A program made the position numbers and the translations under genes. Under the pieces are notes generated by a model that had not been told where the DNA came from, did no database searches, and was given only the letters and a program-made list of their open reading frames with translations. Positions 56,004 through 64,000 of a DNA stretch of 64,000 nt are shown piece by piece; position 1 is the first letter of the stretch; the number at the start of each line of letters is the position of its first letter. The DNA is from the human T2T-CHM13v2.0 reference genome, Homo sapiens. The stretch is taken from assembly GCF_009914755.1 (NCBI RefSeq), contig NC_060926.1. One strand, written 5' to 3'.

Positions 56004-56710
56004 TTTGTATGAACACATGCTTTTATTTTTCTTAGAAAAATAACCAGAAATGCAATGGCTACATTATATGATAGGTATATGTTTCACTTTTTAAGAAACT
56101 ATCAAACCATTTTCCAAAGTGGTTGTCATTTAAATTCCCATCAAAGGTATGAGAGTTCCAGCTCTTCCACATCCTCACAAACACTTGGTATGGTCAGTAT
56201 TTTTTATTTGAGCCATTCTATCAGACACATAGTGATACCCCATTGTGGTTTAATTTGCATTTCCCTAATCACTAATAATGAGCATCCTTTCATGTTCTTG
56301 TTTGCCAATCATACGTTTTCTTTGGCAAAGTATCTGTTCATATAATTCTCCTATTTTTAAAGTTAAGGTGCAAAGGCAGTTCATTGGACAAAAAGTAGTA
56401 TTTTCAACAAATGGTACTAAAACAATTGACTGTCCACATGCAAAAAACAAAAAACAAAAAAAAAAAAAACACAACAAAAAAACTTTGATTCAAACTTGGA
56501 AACCTACTTTAAAAATTAATTCAAAATGTGTCATAGACCTGAAATTAAAACCTAAAACTACAAATCTTGTAGAAGGAAATATAAGAGAAAATCACTGTGA
56601 CCTTAGATTAGGCAAAAATTTTTTAGATATCACATCAAAAGCCAAAGAAAAATGGAAAAATTAGACTTCATCAAAATTAAACATTTCTGTTTTTCAAAAG
56701 ACAGTTAAGA

Positions 56711-59247
56711 CAAATTACACCAGATGTGTAAAGAAGAGCTGGTACCACTCCTACTTAAACTACTCCAAAAAATTGAGGAAGAGGGACTCCTCCCCAACTC
56801 ATTCTATGAGGCCAGAATCATCCTCATACCAAAACCTCACAGAGACACAACAGAAAAAGAAAACTTCAGGCCAATATCCCTGATGAACATCAGGGCAAAA
56901 ATCCCTAACAAAACACTGGCAAACTTAATCTGGTAGGACATCAAAAAGCTAATCCACCAGGATCAAGCAGGCTTTATCCCTGGGATACAAGGTTGAGTCA
57001 ACATATGCAAATCAGTAAATGTGATTTACATAAGCAGAACTAAAAACAAAAACTACATGATTATCTTAATAGATTCAGAAAAGGCTTTCAATACAACTAA
57101 ACACCTCATCATGTTAAAAACCCTCAACAAATGAGTCATTAAAGAAACATAATTCAAAATAACAAGAGCCATCAATGACAAACCCACAGCTAACATCATA
57201 CTGAATAGGCAAAAGCTGGAAGCATTCCCCTTGAAAACTAGAACAAGATAAGGATACCCTCTCTCACCACTCCTTTTCAACATAGTACTGGAAATCCTGG
57301 CCAGAGCAATCAGGTAAGAGAAAGAAATAAAAGGCATACAAATAGGAAGAGAAGAGGTTAAACTATTCCTGTTTGCAGATGATGTGATTCTATACCTGGA
57401 ACACCCCATAGTCTCTTCCCAAAAGCTTCTTGGTCTGATAAACAACTTCAGTAAAGTTTCAGGATACAAAATCAATGTACAAAAATTACTAGCATTCCTA
57501 TACACCAACAACATCCAAACTGACAGCCAAATCAAGAATGCAATCCCATTCATGATTGCAGCAAAGAGAATAAAATACCTAGGAATACAACTAACCAGAG
57601 AGGTAAAAGATCTCTACAATGAGAATGACAAAACACTGCTGAAAGAAATCAGAGATGACACAAACAGAAAAACATTCCATGCTCATGGATAGAAAGAATC
57701 AATATTGTTAAAATGGCCATACTGCCAAAGCGATTTACAGATTAAATGCTATTCCTATCAAACTACTGATGACATTCTTCACAGAATTAGAAAAAAACTA
57801 TTTTAAAATTCATATGGAATCAAAAAAGAGCTGGGATAACCAGGCAATCCTAAGAAAAAAGAACAAAGCTGGAGGCACCACATTACCTGACTTCAAACTA
57901 CACTACAAGGCTACAGTAACCAAAACAGCGTGGCACTGGTACAAAAACAGACATATAGACCAATGGAACAGGATAGAGTGCCCAGAAACAATGCTGCATA
58001 CCTACAACCATCTGATATTTAATACAGTTGACAAAAGCAAGTAACAGGGAAAGGACTCCCTATTCAAAATGGAGCTGGGATAACTGACTAGCCATATGCA
58101 GAAAATTGGAACTGGACCACTACCTTACACCACATACAAAAATCAACTCAAGATGAATTAAAGACTTAAATGCAAAACCTAAAACCATAAACACCCTAGA
58201 AGAAAACCTAGAAAATGCCATTCTGGACATAGGATCTGGCAAAGACCTCATGACAAAGACACCAAAAGCAATTGCAACGTAACCAAAAATTGACAAATAG
58301 GACCTAATTAAACTAAAGAGCTTCTGCACAGGAAAAAAAACTATCAAGAGAGTAAACATGCAACTTACAGAATGGGAAAAAATATCTGCAAACTGTGCAT
58401 CTGACAAAGGTCTAATATCCAGCATCTATAAGGAATTTAAACTAATTTACAAGCAAAAACCAAACAATTCAATTAAAAGTGGGCAAAGGACATCAACAGA
58501 TACTTTTCAAAACAAGATATATGTGGCCAACAAGGATATGAAAAAATGCTCGGCATCACTAATCATTAGAGAAATGCAAATCAAAACCACCATAAAATAT
58601 CATCTCACATCAATCAGAATAGCTACTATTAAAAAGTCAAAAATAATAAATGCTGGCAAGGTTATGGAGAAAAGGGAATGCCTATACACTGCTAGGAGGA
58701 ATTTCTCAAATAATTTAAAACAGAATCACCATTGAACTCAGCAATCCCATTATTGGGTATATCCCCAAAGGAATATATATTGTTCTACCATAAAGACACA
58801 TGCATGTGCATGCTCATTGCAGCAGTATTCACAACAGCAAAGACATGAAATCAACCTAAATATCCATCAATGGTGGACTGGATAAAGAAAATGTGGCATA
58901 TATACACCATGGAATATTATGCAGCCATGAAAAATAATGAGATCATGTCCTTTGCAGGCCATTATCCTCAGCTAACTAACATAGAAACTGAAAACCAACT
59001 GCATATCCTCACTTATAAATGGGAGCTAAACACCAAGTACATATGGATACTAAGAGAACAACAGCACTGGGGTCTACTTGAGGGTGGAGGATGGAAGGAG
59101 GGTGATGATTGAAAAAATACCTATCGGGTAGTATGCTTATTACTGGGGTGATGAAATAATCTGTACACCAAACCCCTGAGACATGTAGTTTACCTGTATA
59201 ACAGAACTGCATATGTAAACTTGAACCTAAAAATAATTTTTTTAAAA
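56711..59247 (+). mobile_element. 5'-truncated old primate L1 (L1PA13-16/L1PB-like)
   Basis: Disrupted ORF2 RT region (FADD) and 3' UTR; 16-bp TSD caaaagacagttaaga at 56695-56710 and 59248-59263. Confidence 0.88.
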
Positions 59248-61596
59248 CAAAAGACAGTTAAGAGAATAAAAGAGACAAGTCACAAACTGAGAGAAAATAT
59301 TTGCTAAGTTTATACCTGGCAAAATACTTCTATCCAGAATACATAAACAACTTTTAAAACTCAATAATAAGAAAACAAACAACCCAATACACTAGAACTT
59401 AGATTTGTTTATCACATGAGTAACTTTTGGCAAGTAAAGGGCATTGACTGACAGCATGAGACACAGAGTTAAGTTTTAAAAGATAGAAGTAAGATCATGT
59501 ACTGCTGATACAAGAGGGAAGGCAGAGAGGCAAGAGAGAACCAGAGTCTATACATGAAAAAAGATCTTGGGATGTTTCGTGGTTAGAAAGAAAAAATATC
59601 AAAACCAAATTACCCTGTTTTCTTCACAGTAACTTCTAGGATCAGCCTTAACAATATGGAGCAAATATTAAAAAAAAGAAATTGAAAGAGGCCCAGAGCC
59701 TAATTTAAGACTTGGGTAGTAGGACTGGATAATATGGCATAGTTACAGAAGATGTTTGGAATCTAAAAGTAGAGAGATACTCCAAGACTGAGTATACAAA
59801 GTATAAGGCAAATTTAAGTCACAGATCACCAAATGGGCCCCTTTTCCCAACAGACATCATGTCCCCACCCAGAAATCTGGGAACAGGCCATTCTTCAAGG
59901 ACCAGGTCAAGTCTCCCATCTTCACTCCCACTCACTCCATCAATGCTCTGCACTGCAATCACTTGTAAAATAGCACTAATAACAGGGATTGCCTCAAGGA
60001 CAAAATGAGATAGCCAATGCAAAGAACATAATATAATGCCTGGAACACCCAGAGCGCAATAAATATTGGTTTCCCTTCTCTCCCTTCTATAACCAAATGG
60101 AAGACAAATTGCACTGTTGGCCCTAGTTCAGGGGTTTTTAAAATTTAGAGCTCCTATGTTGAGCTGAGTCTCGTTAAAGGCTCCTGGGTTGAGCACAGAA
60201 ACTTTTAAAACAACTTGAGTCCAGACTTTGATGTCCCCATTGCCATACATGGCAGGGAGTCAACAGCAGAACGGGAAGTACCCCAAGTTGCAGAAACAAG
60301 TTGCCAGGCTGTGGCAAAATTCAATAAGTAGACAACGTTTGTATTCCATCTAGTAACAAAAAATATTTATGCTCCCCCTACAGCTGGCTGAGGGCCCTTC
60401 ATTAGAGCATCACTGCAAGCCCTTCCACTGTCCCTCACCCATTCCTCCTCAGGCAAGGAAATGTGAATTACCCGATGGGTCAATCTGGGAGCAGGACCTG
60501 CCAAAGGATGCGTACAGCTCAGCCCTTCTGCTGTCTTTTCAGAACAGGTACCACTGTGAGAGGCCTGTGGTTGCCCAGCCATGATCATAGCTAATTATTT
60601 CTGAGGTACTGTGTTATAAGGCCCATATAATCCAAAAATCTAAGCCACATTCCCCCAAACCAGCTTTACCAGTAATAAAAGGTGGTAATATGTCTCTAGT
60701 TACCTAATTCCTGGATCTCTCAGTTAGTTCTGAACTTGAATGGAGAAGAAGGGTGCCATTTTGAGGCCCCCTCAACACCTATCCACCTATCTATCTGCCC
60801 CCTGTCCCATGCACAATCAAACATAGACAGGCACTAGGGCCCTCTCAGATGAATGTTCAGTGGCCTGGCGGGGGCCCGTGCTAACCAGGCTTCTTTCCCC
60901 CTCAGTTTACATTTTCCCACCTGCCTGATATTGTCAGACTGACGTTGCTGCCACCCAAGTTTCACACCAGAAAGAGTGAGAAGCACACAATGAAGGTTCT
61001 TTCCTGCCTTCTTCCTAGAGGGCAAGCACTAGGTATTGTACTCCTATGACTCCCATGAGACCTAGCATAGTTCTGAGCCTATAGAACTCTGATAAAGATC
61101 AGGAGACCAGGCTTCAAGCTCCACTCTGCCCTTTCTTGCCATGTAACTTGGTACATGTCACTTTGCCAGTCTGAATCCTTGAATTCCCATCGTAATTCTT
61201 TATTTTGTTTGTTCTTTTTAAGTGACATTAAATTAGATTTTAAATGGACAAAAAGTTGGTCCTTTCTTCAGTGTGGTAAAAGTGAAGTGGTCACGATCTC
61301 CAAAGCTGGTTTATATTTTTGGCAAACATAGCTATATATTTTTCAGATGTGCTTATGATGTCATTCCATTTAGAATGAAAACTCCAAGACTCCTACTATT
61401 TTCCCATAAAAGTTCAAATAAAAACTTAGAACCCAAGAATTCTCAGAAAACAATATTTACTGCCAAGTCCCCACTTACATGTAGCAGAAATTTTCTAAGA
61501 TATGCCCGCTGCTTTGCTATAGAATTTAACCAAATTTTATTATAGAATTACCAGGGCACTGAATGTAAAGCCACGCCATTCATAGTTTTCTTTAGA

Positions 61597-61792
61597 AGGG
61601 ATTGGTAAACTATGGCCCATAGGCCAAATATGGCCCACTGCTTGTTTTTGTAAATAAAGCTTTATTGGAATACAACCACATTCATCTGTTTACATAATGT
61701 CTGTAGCTGCTTTCCCGCTATAACAGTAGGGGTGAGTTGCTGCAATAGAGATCATGACCTGGCTTTTTACAGAAAAAGTTTGCTGACTCTCA
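61597..61792 (+). mobile_element. MER58A DNA element
   Basis: ggtaaactatggcccataggccaaat...gtttttgtaaataaagc...aaaagtttgctgac. Confidence 0.8.
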
Positions 61793-62772
61793 TTCTAAAA
61801 AAATCCTTCAATTAATCTTAATTTATTTAAATTATGATTCAGGAACATCCTTAACACATGATTAAGTGATCACAGGAATGTTGCTTATCTTGCTTGGGCT
61901 TTTTTTTTCTTAATCTCTAAGAGGAGAGATTTGTCTATTGTTTCCAAAGTAGCCATTAATTCTCATTCTGATTCTCAGCAGATGAGTAGTTTCCTTAGCA
62001 AGGTCTGATTACTTCTGAATAGTTGAGACATCTGCACCTCTCGTGAAATAAGAGAAGCATTGGCAGGGGCTCATGAGAAGACTCAAGTTCCAACTCTTTG
62101 ATTTCCCCCTAACTGACCCAACCTTTTGTGCTTTGCTTCTGTAAAATGAAGAGGCTGGGCAGATGAGAACTACGTTTCCTTAGAACAGATAATTATGATC
62201 CAGTGTGTGAAATGCCTCATCGAAAGCCACACTGCCTATTATGAAAGCCCAAAGAACAGCATCACAACTGGATTTAGAGAAAAGAAAAGACTCAGACAAG
62301 GCTTCTTGGAGGAAAGGATGCCTGACCTGAATCTTGAAGGATGAGGAGAAATTCCGCTGGGGAATGAACTGACTAATAAAGCAAAAAGCACCTTATTGAA
62401 GCCATCATTTTATTTGGCTAATCAAAAAAATGTTTCAGCATCTAAACCTCAAGGAATATCTCTCCGAATTCAAACAGACTCTAATGTGTGCATTATACTC
62501 TGCTTCTAGATGTATATCATGGAAATTACATTGCCCAAAACCTTTTCACAATGTAGTCACTTCTTCTCTGGAAAAAAAAATGTTTCTTTGTCTTGTTCAT
62601 TCAGTTATCAAGGTCCCATCAAAGTCTTGAAAAAGACATCAGCCACCACATGCATAAGTGATGTGACTGACCACTGTATGGAACACCAAGACTTCTTGGG
62701 AAAGTGAAGACCAATCAGAGAGTTTAGACAAGGGGTCATTCCACAGCTGTAATCACAGTCAACAAGAGGTGA

Positions 62773-63962
<1,190 letters not shown>

Positions 63963-64000
63963 AAGAGGTGAGATAACTCTTGACTTCAAATGACTTTGGC

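Overview
Human (primate) genomic DNA carrying the 3' part of SRD5A2 (steroid 5-alpha-reductase type 2) on the minus strand. Coding exons 2-5 lie at 20368-20531, 18104-18205, 16040-16190 and 12929-12995, with GT-AG junctions that splice into one open frame. The 3' UTR has a (TA)9 microsatellite and two candidate poly(A) sites (~11300 and ~9210). Exon 1 is beyond the right edge, so 20532-64000 is intron 1. The rest is mostly transposable-element fossil: nested L1s, L2, MIR, Alus, MaLR/ERV LTRs, a complete THE1A element and DNA transposon remnants. It ends in a young, human-specific, 5'-truncated L1Hs (pre-Ta, ACG/G) with an intact target-site duplication. Apart from the exon-overlapping frames, the ORF-track entries look repeat-derived or spurious. 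I found no convincing new biological system. The best leads are the young L1Hs, a stop codon plus AATAAA just inside intron 4, an in-frame cryptic acceptor upstream of exon 3, a MER81-plus-flank duplication and an internally deleted L1. Repeat subfamily names come from recalled consensus sequences and need RepeatMasker/Dfam confirmation.
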